Shown here: one piece after another, positions 10,469 through 20,773 of the stretch
Position numbering within the stretch: the stretch's first letter is position 1
Layout: each line of letters begins with the position of its first letter
Assembly (NCBI GenBank): GCA_018649885.1
Contig: JABIHA010000062.1
Span: forward strand, 1 to 64,000
Length of the DNA stretch: 64,000 nucleotides
DNA from: Bacteriovoracaceae bacterium
Lineage (GTDB): Bacteria > Bdellovibrionota > Bacteriovoracia > Bacteriovoracales > Bacteriovoracaceae
Direction: 5' to 3'
Notes under the pieces: generated by a model
Databases searched by the model: none
The model's input: the letters and a program-made list of their open reading frames with translations, nothing else
What the model was told of the DNA's origin: nothing
Program-made: the position numbers and the translations under genes

Positions 10469-10729
10469 ATGGGGATGAAAATCTATGCAGTCACGCGTTG
10501 CGTTAAAAGAATAGTTAAAAAAGATGATTCAGGAGGGGGCTTTGCTAAATTTCATTTCAGAGGTTTTTTTTTGGGCCAAAAGGTAAATTCTATTTTAGTT
10601 AACAATTCTTCTCCTGAGTTAAGGGTGGGAGAGGATTATTTTATACTGTTAGAACTTATCAATATAAGGGATAATACTCTCTACTGCAGATGTTTAGAGT
10701 GTAAGGCACTTGAAGACATAGAGTTTTAA
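10469..10729 (+). CDS. Small hypothetical protein
   Basis: 86-aa ORF divergent from fadD and 8 bp upstream of the next ORF; no motif recognised. Confidence 0.55.
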   Translation: MGMKIYAVTRCVKRIVKKDDSGGGFAKFHFRGFFLGQKVNSILVNNSSPELRVGEDYFILLELINIRDNTLYCRCLECKALEDIEF

Positions 10730-10737
10730 AATTTAAC

Positions 10738-10998
10738 TTGGATTTAAATTTGAGTGATGGACCAGAAAAAGAATTAGCACTAGAAGAAAGAAAGTTTCTA
10801 CACGATATTTCTAATAAGCTTGTAATCGTACAGGGGATGTCTTCAATTCTTAAAACCAAACTAGAGAAAGTTGCTGATCAGCTAGACCCTAAAGATTTAG
10901 AACGGCTTGGAAAAGTTATTAAAGCTGGGGAAGCGATGACTGATATGATTCGTGCTAGGAGAAGTATATTAATTGAAAGAAGCGAAGATCCAGAGTAA
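10738..10998 (+). CDS. Stand-alone HisKA/DHp-like small protein
   Basis: FLHDISNKL resembles a histidine-kinase H-box followed by a second helix; no ATPase domain. Confidence 0.6.
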   Translation: MDLNLSDGPEKELALEERKFLHDISNKLVIVQGMSSILKTKLEKVADQLDPKDLERLGKVIKAGEAMTDMIRARRSILIERSEDPE

Positions 10999-11014
10999 AT
11001 CTTAAAATTCCAAT

Positions 11015-11422
11015 CTATTTTACATGTACTTTTACTCCGTCTCCAATCATAAATCGTTGTATTTCAGTCATGGGATCATTTTCACCCGTATACATATTTG
11101 TCATTTTTCCAATTGCTGAGTGTGATTCTGAGTGGAGAACCTTTAATTCACCAATTTTGATCTTATAGAAATGTTGGTCATTATTCTTATAGGGATTGGC
11201 CCTTACTAGAGCTCTGTAAACATCGAGCTTCGCACCAGTATAAACTCCCTGCTCTTTACCCATATTTATATAATAATTTTTACTACTATTTTCTCCTGGC
11301 TCACCCATTGGAACAGGCTGAACAACACTAAAAATAATGTAGTCTTTTGAGTTCACAGCGAGGCTGGAGGTGAGAGTTATGACCGTGACCATAATCTGCA
11401 GGAAGAGTCTGGTGTAAAACAT
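11015..11422 (-). CDS. Exported hypothetical protein (possibly FlgT C-terminal-like beta domain)
   Basis: Signal peptide; YYINMGKEQGV...IGELKV pattern. Confidence 0.65.
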   Translation of the reverse strand: MFYTRLFLQIMVTVITLTSSLAVNSKDYIIFSVVQPVPMGEPGENSSKNYYINMGKEQGVYTGAKLDVYRALVRANPYKNNDQHFYKIKIGELKVLHSESHSAIGKMTNMYTGENDPMTEIQRFMIGDGVKVHVK

Positions 11423-11495
11423 AGTAATTACCCTTGGTTAGAGCATGGCTTACTGCCGTTTGTTTCAAACACCTTCCTGGCATTGCTTTCACTAC

Positions 11496-11522
11496 TTCTC
11501 GGATAAAGTCGGATCAATTTTA
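11496..11522 (-). promoter_or_regulatory. sigma28-like promoter
   Basis: Minus strand TAAA-N15-TCCGAGAA, followed by the hairpin AATGCC-AGGAA-GGTGTT (11484-11468). Confidence 0.5.
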
Positions 11523-11648
11523 CCCACAACTATAATGGAGGAAAAATCTTCCACCTTGCAGCAAAAGAGCTATTAGTTTGTTTAAGAATAATTTACTAGT
11601 ATTATATTCTATTAATATTAAACTACTTAGAGTTACACCAGGAGTAAT

Positions 11649-12296
11649 ATGAACGCAGCTCTACGCAAGAGGGTGTGGGTTTTGGAAGATGAAGAAGATG
11701 CCCATCTCTTTTACGAAGATTATTTAAGCGAGAAGTATGACCTAAAATTTTTCAAAGATTTTGATTCCTTTGAAAAGGCTTTACTCGATAACGATAGCCC
11801 AGATCTCGCACTTACAGATTTGAATCTTGGAAATATCAATTTTCTTGAGGAGATTAGTAAGGTAGAGAAGGTTTCCTTCCCGTTCCTAGTTGTATCTTCA
11901 AGTGCAGATAGAGCAACATTAAAAGGTTGCTTTGAAAAAGGGGCCATTGATTATTTGGTGAAACCTTTTGGTGGTGAAGAGTTAAAAGTTAAAGTTGAAA
12001 AAGCTTTTGATTCTCTTAGAAGAGATTTAAGCAATTTTGTTAAAGGAATTGATCTTGAAGATCTGCCCGATCTAACCATGAAAGAATCTAAAATTTTGAA
12101 TCTCTTTTTAGCTTCAGATAATTTTATTATCGATAGGGAAGAAGTTATTAGAGAGATTTGGCCAAAGGTAAAGGTCCAACCGAAAACTCTAGATGTACAT
12201 TTATATAATTTAAGAAAAAAACTCAAGCGTATAGATCTATATATTGTCTCTCAGGGAAATTGTAAGTGGCAATTATCCCGCACAAAATCATCCTAG
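11649..12296 (+). CDS. OmpR-family response regulator (REC + winged HTH), orphan
   Basis: VLEDE, LTDLNL (phospho-Asp), YLVKPF, TLDVHLYNLRKKL. Confidence 0.9.
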   Translation: MNAALRKRVWVLEDEEDAHLFYEDYLSEKYDLKFFKDFDSFEKALLDNDSPDLALTDLNLGNINFLEEISKVEKVSFPFLVVSSSADRATLKGCFEKGAIDYLVKPFGGEELKVKVEKAFDSLRRDLSNFVKGIDLEDLPDLTMKESKILNLFLASDNFIIDREEVIREIWPKVKVQPKTLDVHLYNLRKKLKRIDLYIVSQGNCKWQLSRTKSS

Positions 12297-12301
12297 TGTA
12301 C

Positions 12302-14041
12302 CTACCTAGGCTCTAGTCGTAGATACTTGAAATAATTATTTATCAGATCACTTGGTCTGTAGTTTTTTAAATAGCCATGGTTGAGGTTATAGCCTCGTCT
12401 ATAGTAGAGCATGGCCCAAGGAAGATCTTCTTGCATAGTCTCTTCCATTTCTTTCATAATTTGATATTTCTCTGTACCGTTTGGCAGAACTTTTAGCTTT
12501 TCAAAAAGGGCATCAAATTTTGGATTTGAATACATGGCATCGTTGATTCCTTTTGGAGCTTTATTTTGTGTAATTAAAAGCTGTAGTAGATTTTCTCCAT
12601 CTGGATAATCGAGTGTCCATCCTCCTCTCCAAAATTGTAGGTTTCCATTTCTCATTTTTTCTAGAAAGCCTGGGTAGTTATTTATACTAACCTTGAGATC
12701 AACTCCGATATGTAAAAGTTGTGTTTTAAAGAACTCAGACATTTGTCTTTCGACTGCATTGTTAGTTCTTGTGTCGTAAGTGATTGTGGGCAGGCCCTTT
12801 CCGTCTTCAAAGCCTGCTTTTTTCAAATAGTCTTTTGCTATATCTAAATCAAATTTAAATGGTTGAGTGATTGTAGGACTATACCCTGGAACTCCTGGAG
12901 CATAAATTGAGTTGGCGCTTAAGCCTACATTATTTGTGAATAGGTTTATGAACTTGTCTGTGTCTATAGCGTGGGCAATGGCCATCCTTAGGTTTTTATT
13001 TGTTCCTACTACCTGATCTTCCATATTGAAAGCCATCCACCAAGTAGTGAGAGTAGGGGCAATTTGGAGTTGAATTCCTTCTTTTTTAAGCTCAGGTGAG
13101 AGGGTACCAGTACCAGTAATTGCAGTAGCAAAATTATCTTTAGGGATTCTAAGATAATCGATTTCTTTTTTCCTAAATTTAAGCCATCGAGGGTTTGGCT
13201 CTTTAATTATATTGAATTTAATGCCCATTAAAAATGGTATTTTCTTATTGGCGTCACTTAGCATGCCACTTGCATTTGCATGTCGATCACCGTTTGAAGG
13301 GTAGAGGACATTTCTATACTTTGGGTATCTTTTCAACATAACTTGTAAATTTCGATCCCATTTTTCTAAATAAAATGGGCCAGTTCCGACCATGACTGAA
13401 GAGATATCGTTCTTATGATATTTTATCACTTCGAGTGGGATTGGAGCAGTGAAGGCCATGGCGAATGCATAGAGTAACTGTGGGTAGGGCTTTGTTAAGT
13501 CCAGGCTAAAAGTCTGATCATCAATAACATTGAAACCTTCGATAGGAAGAGATTCAAATTTTCCGAAATCTGAACCTGCATCTTTTCTAAATTTTCCGAT
13601 TCCTTTAACCCGACCTTCAAAGAGAAAATAACCTTGGCCCCGAGTAGGTACAAAGGCTTGTCTTTTAATCGCTGTTAAGAAGTCTTCCGCTTTTACATAT
13701 CTCGGCTTGCCATTAAATACTGGGTGATCATGATAGGGGATACCCTTTTTAATAGTGAATATATATCTGAGTCCATTGTTTTCAACAGTTGGTTGTGAAG
13801 CAGCCAGATTTTCTTGGAGAGTATATGGTCTTTTTAAGTAATGATACTCAAAGAGTGATTCATACACTTGGTAGACAACAGTTCCAGATACAGCATCATA
13901 ACTAACAGCTGGGTCGAGTGTATCGATTTTAGCCGTTAACAGGGCGTTGACGATATTTACCTTACCATTTCCAGCTTTTTTACAAGAGAAAATAGTGGCA
14001 ATGAGTAATGTGCAAAAAAGTACTCTTAGTATAGATTTCAT
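12302..14041 (-). CDS. Peptide ABC transporter substrate-binding lipoprotein (family 5)
   Basis: Lipobox IFSC, TLDPA, VYESLF, VGTGPF, WTLDYPD. Confidence 0.9.
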   Translation of the reverse strand: MKSILRVLFCTLLIATIFSCKKAGNGKVNIVNALLTAKIDTLDPAVSYDAVSGTVVYQVYESLFEYHYLKRPYTLQENLAASQPTVENNGLRYIFTIKKGIPYHDHPVFNGKPRYVKAEDFLTAIKRQAFVPTRGQGYFLFEGRVKGIGKFRKDAGSDFGKFESLPIEGFNVIDDQTFSLDLTKPYPQLLYAFAMAFTAPIPLEVIKYHKNDISSVMVGTGPFYLEKWDRNLQVMLKRYPKYRNVLYPSNGDRHANASGMLSDANKKIPFLMGIKFNIIKEPNPRWLKFRKKEIDYLRIPKDNFATAITGTGTLSPELKKEGIQLQIAPTLTTWWMAFNMEDQVVGTNKNLRMAIAHAIDTDKFINLFTNNVGLSANSIYAPGVPGYSPTITQPFKFDLDIAKDYLKKAGFEDGKGLPTITYDTRTNNAVERQMSEFFKTQLLHIGVDLKVSINNYPGFLEKMRNGNLQFWRGGWTLDYPDGENLLQLLITQNKAPKGINDAMYSNPKFDALFEKLKVLPNGTEKYQIMKEMEETMQEDLPWAMLYYRRGYNLNHGYLKNYRPSDLINNYFKYLRLEPR

Positions 14042-16653
14042 ATTTCCTCTGAAATTTGTTTTTCAATATTTGTAATAAATTGATCGTAGTTTTTATTTTT
14101 CTCGCCAGACCCTTGAGCCAGATCTGGTCGTCCTCCACCTCTTCCATCTAGAAGGGGTAAGTGACTCTTTAATATTTGACCACAATTTATGGATTTAAGA
14201 CTTCTCGGAGACCTGAGAAGAACAGATAGCTTTTTACCGCTGCTACTAAATAATAGTAAAATTCCATCAGGGTATTTTGATGAAAATAAATCTGAGAGTT
14301 GTTTTATATTTGAGTTCTCAGGAGCGGTGGCAACTTTAAAAGTAAATTTATCACCTAACTTTTTCGGGTTATCAAAAAGTGTTTCGCTGAGTGATGCCTG
14401 TATTTTTTCGTTTAGTGCTTCAATTTTCTTAGCTCTATCTTTATGGTCGGCAATGAGAGCAGAAAATCGATCTGTTACATCTTGATCTTTCACATTAAAG
14501 TATTGCTCAAATTGTTCTAGAATTAGAGATCTCTTTTGAAGTCTATTTGAAGCTGTTTCTGAGGTAAGCCCCTCAATTCTTCTCACGCCACTTGCAAGAG
14601 CACTCTCTGAAATTATATTGAACTGAGATATATCTCCAGTATTTGAGACATGTGTTCCACCACAAAATTCTGTAGAAAAATCGCCCATTTCGATAACTCT
14701 TACCTCATCTCCATATTTTTCACCAAAAAATGCAAGAGCACCTTTTTTCATAGCATCATCTTTTGACATGACTTCAGCATTTACAGGAGTTGATTTTTGA
14801 ATCTCTAAATTGACTAATTTTTCAGTTTCTTTTATTTCATCTTTAGTCATGGCCTGTGTATGTGTGAAATCAAAGCGGAGCTTTTCATGGTTTACGTATG
14901 ACCCAGCTTGCTTAATGTGACTACCTAGTACTTTGATCAGTGCTGCTTGAAGTAGGTGAGTTGCGGAGTGATTTTTGGCCACAAGAGATCTTCTTTTGTG
15001 GTTAACACTTAGGATATAGGATTTTCCAATTTCAAGGGCATCAGCATCTTCTGAGTAGTGGACTAGTAAACCCTCTGTGGGTTTTTGAGTGTCAACTATG
15101 TGGGCCAGCACATGCTCGTCGTCTAGTATTTCACCAGCGTCACCTGATTGTCCCCCAGACTCCCCATAAAATGGTGATTCTTTAAATATTAACGCCTTCA
15201 TTTTTCCCATGTCGTGAATGGCCAATAGCTCTGAATGGTTTTCAAGTGTTTTATAGCCAAGAAAAATGGTGTTACCAAAAGTTTCTTTGTATTTAGCAAA
15301 GATCTTTTGAGTATCATCGCCGTACTGTGCCTTGCCGCCTCTTTTGGAGAGCTCTCTTTGCTTTGCCATGGAGCTATCAAATCCTTCCATGTCCACATTC
15401 AGACCTCTTTCTGTACATATGATTTCAGTTAGGTCTACTGGAAAGCCAAAAGTGTCATACAGTTTAAAAGCATCAGCCCCAAGAAGAGTTTTCTTTTTGC
15501 CTAAACCTGAAATAGCTTCTTCTAAAAATTTCAATCCATTATCAAGAGTCTCAAGAAATTTTCGTTCTTCAATTTGCAGAAGTTTTTCTGCTAGGGATAG
15601 GTTCGCTTTATTTTCAGGGTAATGAGCTCCAAGAGTCTCAAAGACAGTTGGGACTAGTTTGTGAAAAGAGATCTCTTTAATACCAAGTTCTCTTAAATGT
15701 CTTACGGCCCTTCGAATAATACGTCTTAGAACATAACCACGTCCCTCATTAGATGGTATAGCCCCGTCAGTAATTAGCATGACAGATGATCTAATGTGAT
15801 CAGCAACTACTCGAAAGTTTGATTGGTATTTGGGATCAGAATATTTTTTGCCTGAGATTTCTTCTAGCTTATTCATGATACCTTCGAATATATCGGTATC
15901 ATAATTCCAGTACTTGTTTTGTAGGACAGCAGCCACTCTTTCAAGACCCGTTCCTGTATCGACACTAGGGCTAGGAAGAGGAATTCTACCTTCTTTTGTT
16001 TGTTCGTATTGCATAAATACCAGGTTGCCAATTTCAACATAGCGCATTTCATCTTCAAGAATGTCATTTGCCTTAGATAAATCAAAACCAGGAGTCGCGT
16101 GTTCTTCTCCCCAATCGTAGAAAAATTCGGAGCAAGGACCACAAGGACCTATTTCTCCCATTTCCCAAAAATTATCTGCATCACCTTTTTTAAATATTCT
16201 ATCAAGTGGTACGCCTTGATCTTTGTGCCAAATATTTAGGGCCTCATCATCACTTTCATGAACAGTAATATAGAGTTTATCTTTTGGAATTTTATAAACT
16301 TTTGTAAGTAATTCCCAGTGATAGGCAATGGCCTCTTTTTTAAAGTAATCGCCAAAAGAAAAATTACCCATCATTTCAAAATATGTATGATGTCTGGCTG
16401 TAAAGCCAACATTGTCTAAATCATTGTGTTTGCCACCCGCTCTTACGCATTTTTGAATTGTAGTGGCAGTAGCATTTTTTGGTTTTTCAATACCAGTGAA
16501 AAAATCTTTGAACTGATTCATTCCAGCGTTTGCAAAAAGTAAGGTCGGATCGGCTATAGGAATAAGTGGGCTAGACGAAATATGCTGATGGCCCCTTTTC
16601 ATAAAAAAATTAATAAACTCTTCTCGGATCTGCTTTGATTTCATTGTTAACAA
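14038..16653 (-). CDS. alaS: Alanine-tRNA ligase
   Basis: DPTLLFANAGMNQFK, GFTARHHTYFEM, NHSATHLL, EFCGGTH, GGGRPDLAQG. Confidence 0.98.
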   Translation of the reverse strand: MLTMKSKQIREEFINFFMKRGHQHISSSPLIPIADPTLLFANAGMNQFKDFFTGIEKPKNATATTIQKCVRAGGKHNDLDNVGFTARHHTYFEMMGNFSFGDYFKKEAIAYHWELLTKVYKIPKDKLYITVHESDDEALNIWHKDQGVPLDRIFKKGDADNFWEMGEIGPCGPCSEFFYDWGEEHATPGFDLSKANDILEDEMRYVEIGNLVFMQYEQTKEGRIPLPSPSVDTGTGLERVAAVLQNKYWNYDTDIFEGIMNKLEEISGKKYSDPKYQSNFRVVADHIRSSVMLITDGAIPSNEGRGYVLRRIIRRAVRHLRELGIKEISFHKLVPTVFETLGAHYPENKANLSLAEKLLQIEERKFLETLDNGLKFLEEAISGLGKKKTLLGADAFKLYDTFGFPVDLTEIICTERGLNVDMEGFDSSMAKQRELSKRGGKAQYGDDTQKIFAKYKETFGNTIFLGYKTLENHSELLAIHDMGKMKALIFKESPFYGESGGQSGDAGEILDDEHVLAHIVDTQKPTEGLLVHYSEDADALEIGKSYILSVNHKRRSLVAKNHSATHLLQAALIKVLGSHIKQAGSYVNHEKLRFDFTHTQAMTKDEIKETEKLVNLEIQKSTPVNAEVMSKDDAMKKGALAFFGEKYGDEVRVIEMGDFSTEFCGGTHVSNTGDISQFNIISESALASGVRRIEGLTSETASNRLQKRSLILEQFEQYFNVKDQDVTDRFSALIADHKDRAKKIEALNEKIQASLSETLFDNPKKLGDKFTFKVATAPENSNIKQLSDLFSSKYPDGILLLFSSSGKKLSVLLRSPRSLKSINCGQILKSHLPLLDGRGGGRPDLAQGSGEKNKNYDQFITNIEKQISEEI

Positions 16654-16806
16654 TCTACCCTTAAAACTGGTTGAACAAGGATGAATATTATCACGTGCTG
16701 GAGGGCTTGGGTACTGCTGTGAGGAGAGAATTATGCAATGCGCATGCTGCGAAGGGTAATTGTTGAATTTATACCCAAAACTCAGCCTTTTATGTAGAGT
16801 GGTCGC

Positions 16807-17787
16807 ATGAAGATATTAATGATCATTTTATGTTTCACAGTGAGTGCTAACCTTTGGGCCGACATGGAAAAAACCTTAAAGAGTCTCAGAGCAAAAAAAT
16901 CGTCGATTGAGTCGAAGACCTACTCTTCTTTTGCCACAGATGAACTCAAATACCTTAAGTTTTACGATCTTCACCAGACAGGGTGGGATCAAAAATTTGG
17001 AGTTGTATCTTCGGGCGGATATGCAATTCATACCCATTTTTTCAAGAGCAAAAATCCCAAACCGATGGGAACTGTACTACTTGTTCATGGTTATTTAGAT
17101 AACTCTGGATATATGAGCAATCTTTTTCCACTTCTTTTAAAGAAAAATTTTAATGTTGTTGCCTTTGACCTACCAGGGCATGGACTTTCAACGGGTGAAA
17201 GGGTTGATATAGCAAGCTTCGATATCTACACAAATGTAATTAAAGACATTTATGAACTAGCAAAGACTCAGTTCAAGGGCCCTTACCACGCGATTTGTCA
17301 CAGCACCGGCTGTGCTGGCTTAATGAATGGGATTGTTAAAGGAAAATTTGATACTCTTGATAAGACTATTTTTCTAGCACCTCTAGTAAGATCAGTTTCT
17401 TGGAAACTCGCAAAGTTTGGCAATAAGATAGGTAGAAGATTTCTTACACATGTACCGAGAAAGTTTAATAAAAATTCATCTGATAAATCTTACTTAAGAT
17501 TTGTGAAAAATGACCCTCTCCAAGTGAGAAAAATCCCTTTAAGGTGGGTTACATCTCTACATAATTGGGAAAAGAGTTTTTCTAAAAGTAAGCCTAATGG
17601 GGCGGAAATTTTGGTGATCAGTGGAGACAAGGACGCTACAGTTGATTGGGCCAAGAATAGAGAGATTTTATCATCTATTTTTACCAAAATTAGATATGAA
17701 GTTATTGATGATGCCAACCATCAGCTCATCAATGAAATGCCAATTTATATGAACCAAGTTTTAAAGCTTGTAGAATCCAATATTTGA
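16807..17787 (+). CDS. Secreted alpha/beta hydrolase (lysophospholipase-like)
   Basis: Signal peptide; VHGY, DLPGHGLS, CHSTG nucleophile elbow, GDKDATV, HQL. Confidence 0.88.
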   Translation: MKILMIILCFTVSANLWADMEKTLKSLRAKKSSIESKTYSSFATDELKYLKFYDLHQTGWDQKFGVVSSGGYAIHTHFFKSKNPKPMGTVLLVHGYLDNSGYMSNLFPLLLKKNFNVVAFDLPGHGLSTGERVDIASFDIYTNVIKDIYELAKTQFKGPYHAICHSTGCAGLMNGIVKGKFDTLDKTIFLAPLVRSVSWKLAKFGNKIGRRFLTHVPRKFNKNSSDKSYLRFVKNDPLQVRKIPLRWVTSLHNWEKSFSKSKPNGAEILVISGDKDATVDWAKNREILSSIFTKIRYEVIDDANHQLINEMPIYMNQVLKLVESNI

Positions 17788-17795
17788 TATAAGCC

Positions 17796-18704
17796 CTAAT
17801 CTAGATCTTTTGTACTTATCACCCTTGTAGTGGCAAGTAGGTCATGTAGTGCTCTTTTGTCTTTATTTGAAAGGTACTGAGGTAAAGTAAAGAGTGTGAA
17901 TGAAACTGTTATTAACTTGAAAATATATTCCCTAAGAATTATTTGGACCATATTCATTTGATTTCCATCATTGTGGATAAGTTTAATTTTTAATATTTTT
18001 TTCCCAAGGGTTTGGCCAGATTTCATTAGTGGTAGAATGTAATAGACACCAGTAATTATAAAAATGATTGAAGATGCTGCAAGGCCTGCATCTCCATGTG
18101 TAAGAGAAAGAAATTTCTTAAAATTGATCACTATAATGGGGTACAGCAGAGTTGATATTTTTCCTGTAATTGTAGCATCAATAATATTTGCAATTAATCG
18201 GTTTATAAACTTTGCAGGAGCATATTGTGTTTCATCTTCAGTACTGCTATGAAATTTTGATATAGAGGAAGTGGGCATATTTTCCAAATTCTTTGAACTG
18301 GTTTTTCTTTTTTTGGGTTTAGTTTGTTCGATTTCTATTTCATGGCATTCAGGTATTTCTGCATTTTGATCAAAGCTGCCTATGCTTCCACTATCTCCAA
18401 GCACCTTGTAAGTGCGGTGACCTAAGTGAATGATATCTCCATCATTCAGTTGGGTGGAATTTCCTTGTTGTACTGGAGTTTCGTTAACAAGTGTCCCGTT
18501 TTTTGAACACAGATCCATGATAAATAGATCGCCATCTTGTCGTATAATTCGAGCATGGTTTCGACTCAGTTTACTATCATTAAGAGTTAAGTCGTTGCCT
18601 GGTTGTCTACCAACACTCAAGACTTCATCAATTTCGATAATCTCCTGTGTTTTTATGTCTAGTAGACAAGATTTTCTAATTTGAGAATTTTTTAAAGCGC
18701 TCAT
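17796..18704 (-). CDS. FHA domain + RDD membrane domain protein
   Basis: FHA: VGR...LSRNHA...SKNGT. RDD: RLIANIID, GQTLGKK, LHDLLATTRV. Confidence 0.88.
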   Translation of the reverse strand: MSALKNSQIRKSCLLDIKTQEIIEIDEVLSVGRQPGNDLTLNDSKLSRNHARIIRQDGDLFIMDLCSKNGTLVNETPVQQGNSTQLNDGDIIHLGHRTYKVLGDSGSIGSFDQNAEIPECHEIEIEQTKPKKRKTSSKNLENMPTSSISKFHSSTEDETQYAPAKFINRLIANIIDATITGKISTLLYPIIVINFKKFLSLTHGDAGLAASSIIFIITGVYYILPLMKSGQTLGKKILKIKLIHNDGNQMNMVQIILREYIFKLITVSFTLFTLPQYLSNKDKRALHDLLATTRVISTKDLD

Positions 18705-18705
18705 T

Positions 18706-20196
18706 TTAGGCAGCCTCTTTTGTTATGTTGGTCTTTGAATTTAAAGTGGAATATATTTTTTTGATTAAAAAACTATCACCATATGAATTGAAGACAATCT
18801 CTATTTTCGCATACTCACTATCACTAAATTTTGAATTAAGAATTGATTCAATTGTTTTACATAGATTTACTGAATTCTTTGCCTTTGGAAAAAGGCCGAT
18901 AAATGACAAGTAAATCCTAAGGGCCAAAATAGGGTGGTTTGCATCAAGGGCCATGTCACCTAATATAAGAATTTTCTGCTGGGGAAGTTGGTCCAAAAAC
19001 TTATCAAATTTTAAGTTGATAGGAACTTTTCTAATAATTTCAAGAGATTTTGATGCGTGATCATTTTTGAGTGCCTGATTAATCTCTATTTGAAGATACT
19101 TTGTTAGAGTAGTGTATTCAGCTCTCGTTATTTTCTTTGTTTCATGGATCTTTTTAAATATTAATTTTATTAAATAAGATCTAGCAATATAGTTTTCTGG
19201 ATTATAACTTAGAATTTCAGATAATTTTTGAATAGCGTTTGTTGCATTACTCGATTTTTTAGCACTTCTAAATTCTCTCCACTCGTATTGATAAATAAAT
19301 GGCCAGCTAAAATTCTCAGTAGATTTTTTAAGCAGTGCGAGCCCAACACCGGATGCTAATCCTATTAAGTGTGCCATGCTCGCCACATTAGAAAGACCAG
19401 CAACATGATTGACTAAATCTCCAGCAATAAAGAAAAATGGGAAAATATATTTTATGGGAAATGAAACAACCTTTGATATAAAGTAAAATACCCAAAATTT
19501 GAGCTTATGCCTAAAGAACAACACATAGAAGGCGCCCATTACGGCCATTACGTTGGCTGATGCTCCAACTAAATAAGTACCCTCTTCCATAAAAAAAGCA
19601 GCATGACCATATATTCCAGCAGTGCCTCCAATTAAATAAAGAGCGCTATATTCAAGGCTTCCCAGACGACTTTCAACATAGGCTCCAAATACTAGGAGCA
19701 TAAATAAATTTCCAAGGAGATGTGAAATGCTTCCATGGGAAAACTGAGCTCTTATAACTCTAATGAAGCCAGTATTAGTGGCCGAAAGGGCGCCCTTTTC
19801 TTTGTAGAGCTTTTCAAGGTTTCTGTGCATCTTCTTTTTTGCTTTAAGAAAATGTGGATAGCTATCATATGAATTAAAACTATCTGGATCACTTCTTTTT
19901 TTATTTAAAAAGTCAGTGGCCGTAACAGGATAATCTTTTGATCTTAACTTTGTTTTTTTTGAGAATAGGGAGAGCTTTAATTTAGAGCAATAATCTGGAC
20001 TCTTTGATTTGAGACAGAATTCTCTGAATAACTCACCTTCGGCTTCAAGGTATGTTTCAGTTGCATAAAATTTCATGGCGGCTTTATTTATGTCTTTAAC
20101 CTGAACTGAATAATATAAAATACAAGCAAGTGTCATGAGTATGGTGACAAAGGGGATATTCTTTAATTTTAATCCAAGTCCAAGTGGTAAAAACAT
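18706..20196 (-). CDS. Rhomboid-family intramembrane serine protease with C-terminal helical (TPR-like) domain
   Basis: FSHGSISHLLGNLFML, VGASA (catalytic Ser), AHLIG (catalytic His). Confidence 0.88.
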   Translation of the reverse strand: MFLPLGLGLKLKNIPFVTILMTLACILYYSVQVKDINKAAMKFYATETYLEAEGELFREFCLKSKSPDYCSKLKLSLFSKKTKLRSKDYPVTATDFLNKKRSDPDSFNSYDSYPHFLKAKKKMHRNLEKLYKEKGALSATNTGFIRVIRAQFSHGSISHLLGNLFMLLVFGAYVESRLGSLEYSALYLIGGTAGIYGHAAFFMEEGTYLVGASANVMAVMGAFYVLFFRHKLKFWVFYFISKVVSFPIKYIFPFFFIAGDLVNHVAGLSNVASMAHLIGLASGVGLALLKKSTENFSWPFIYQYEWREFRSAKKSSNATNAIQKLSEILSYNPENYIARSYLIKLIFKKIHETKKITRAEYTTLTKYLQIEINQALKNDHASKSLEIIRKVPINLKFDKFLDQLPQQKILILGDMALDANHPILALRIYLSFIGLFPKAKNSVNLCKTIESILNSKFSDSEYAKIEIVFNSYGDSFLIKKIYSTLNSKTNITKEAA

Positions 20197-20202
20197 ACTT
20201 GT

Positions 20203-20230
20203 TTATCGTCGTAATTGCTTGAATCCTTGA
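20203..20230 (-). promoter_or_regulatory. sigma28-like promoter of the rhomboid operon
   Basis: Minus strand TCAAG-N15-GACGATAA, 6 nt before the ATG. Confidence 0.55.
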
Positions 20231-20259
20231 GTGAAATGGTTGGGCTCTAGGCAAAGAAA

Positions 20260-20715
20260 CTATTGTGAATTCAAATGCTTGGGCAGTTCCTTATAAATAA
20301 GATCCATTGAAAAGCCTCTATTAAATAGATAGCTCTTAAGCTTCATATGATCTGTGGTCGATCTCAATTTCTTTTGTAGAGCTAGCTCAAAGGTCGACTC
20401 TACATAGAGATCTTGTTCATTTAACAACGCCTCAATTTGATGTTCATCGATTTCAATTCCATCTTCTTTTAGCTTTTGTGAAATAAATCGTGGGCCATAG
20501 CCTTTTGAGTTAAGGCCTCTTACCCTAGCATCAGTGAATTGATCTTCTTGTAGGTAATTTAACTCTATTAGCTTATCTAGAGTTTCTTCAATTTCTTGGG
20601 AGTCGAATTCTTTATCTAAAAGTTTTTTTTTGAGTTTCTTTCTTGAGTAGTCTCTCTTTGAGAGAAGCTGGACTGAATACTTGAGAGGTGTTTGTTTATA
20701 TGAGCTCATCTTCAA
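20260..20715 (-). CDS. recX: Regulatory protein RecX
   Basis: LLSKRDYS, GYGPRFISQKL, LFNRGFS; directly downstream of recA. Confidence 0.9.
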   Translation of the reverse strand: MKMSSYKQTPLKYSVQLLSKRDYSRKKLKKKLLDKEFDSQEIEETLDKLIELNYLQEDQFTDARVRGLNSKGYGPRFISQKLKEDGIEIDEHQIEALLNEQDLYVESTFELALQKKLRSTTDHMKLKSYLFNRGFSMDLIYKELPKHLNSQ

Positions 20716-20733
20716 CTAAGCCTATGCTGATTT

Positions 20734-20763
20734 GAAAGGCACTAGCAAAAGATTGCTAGTGCC
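20734..20763 (-). terminator. Hairpin terminator/attenuator between recA and recX
   Basis: GGCACTAGCAA-AAGA-TTGCTAGTGCC with a short U tract on the minus strand. Confidence 0.7.
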
Positions 20764-20773
20764 AAGTTTGTAA

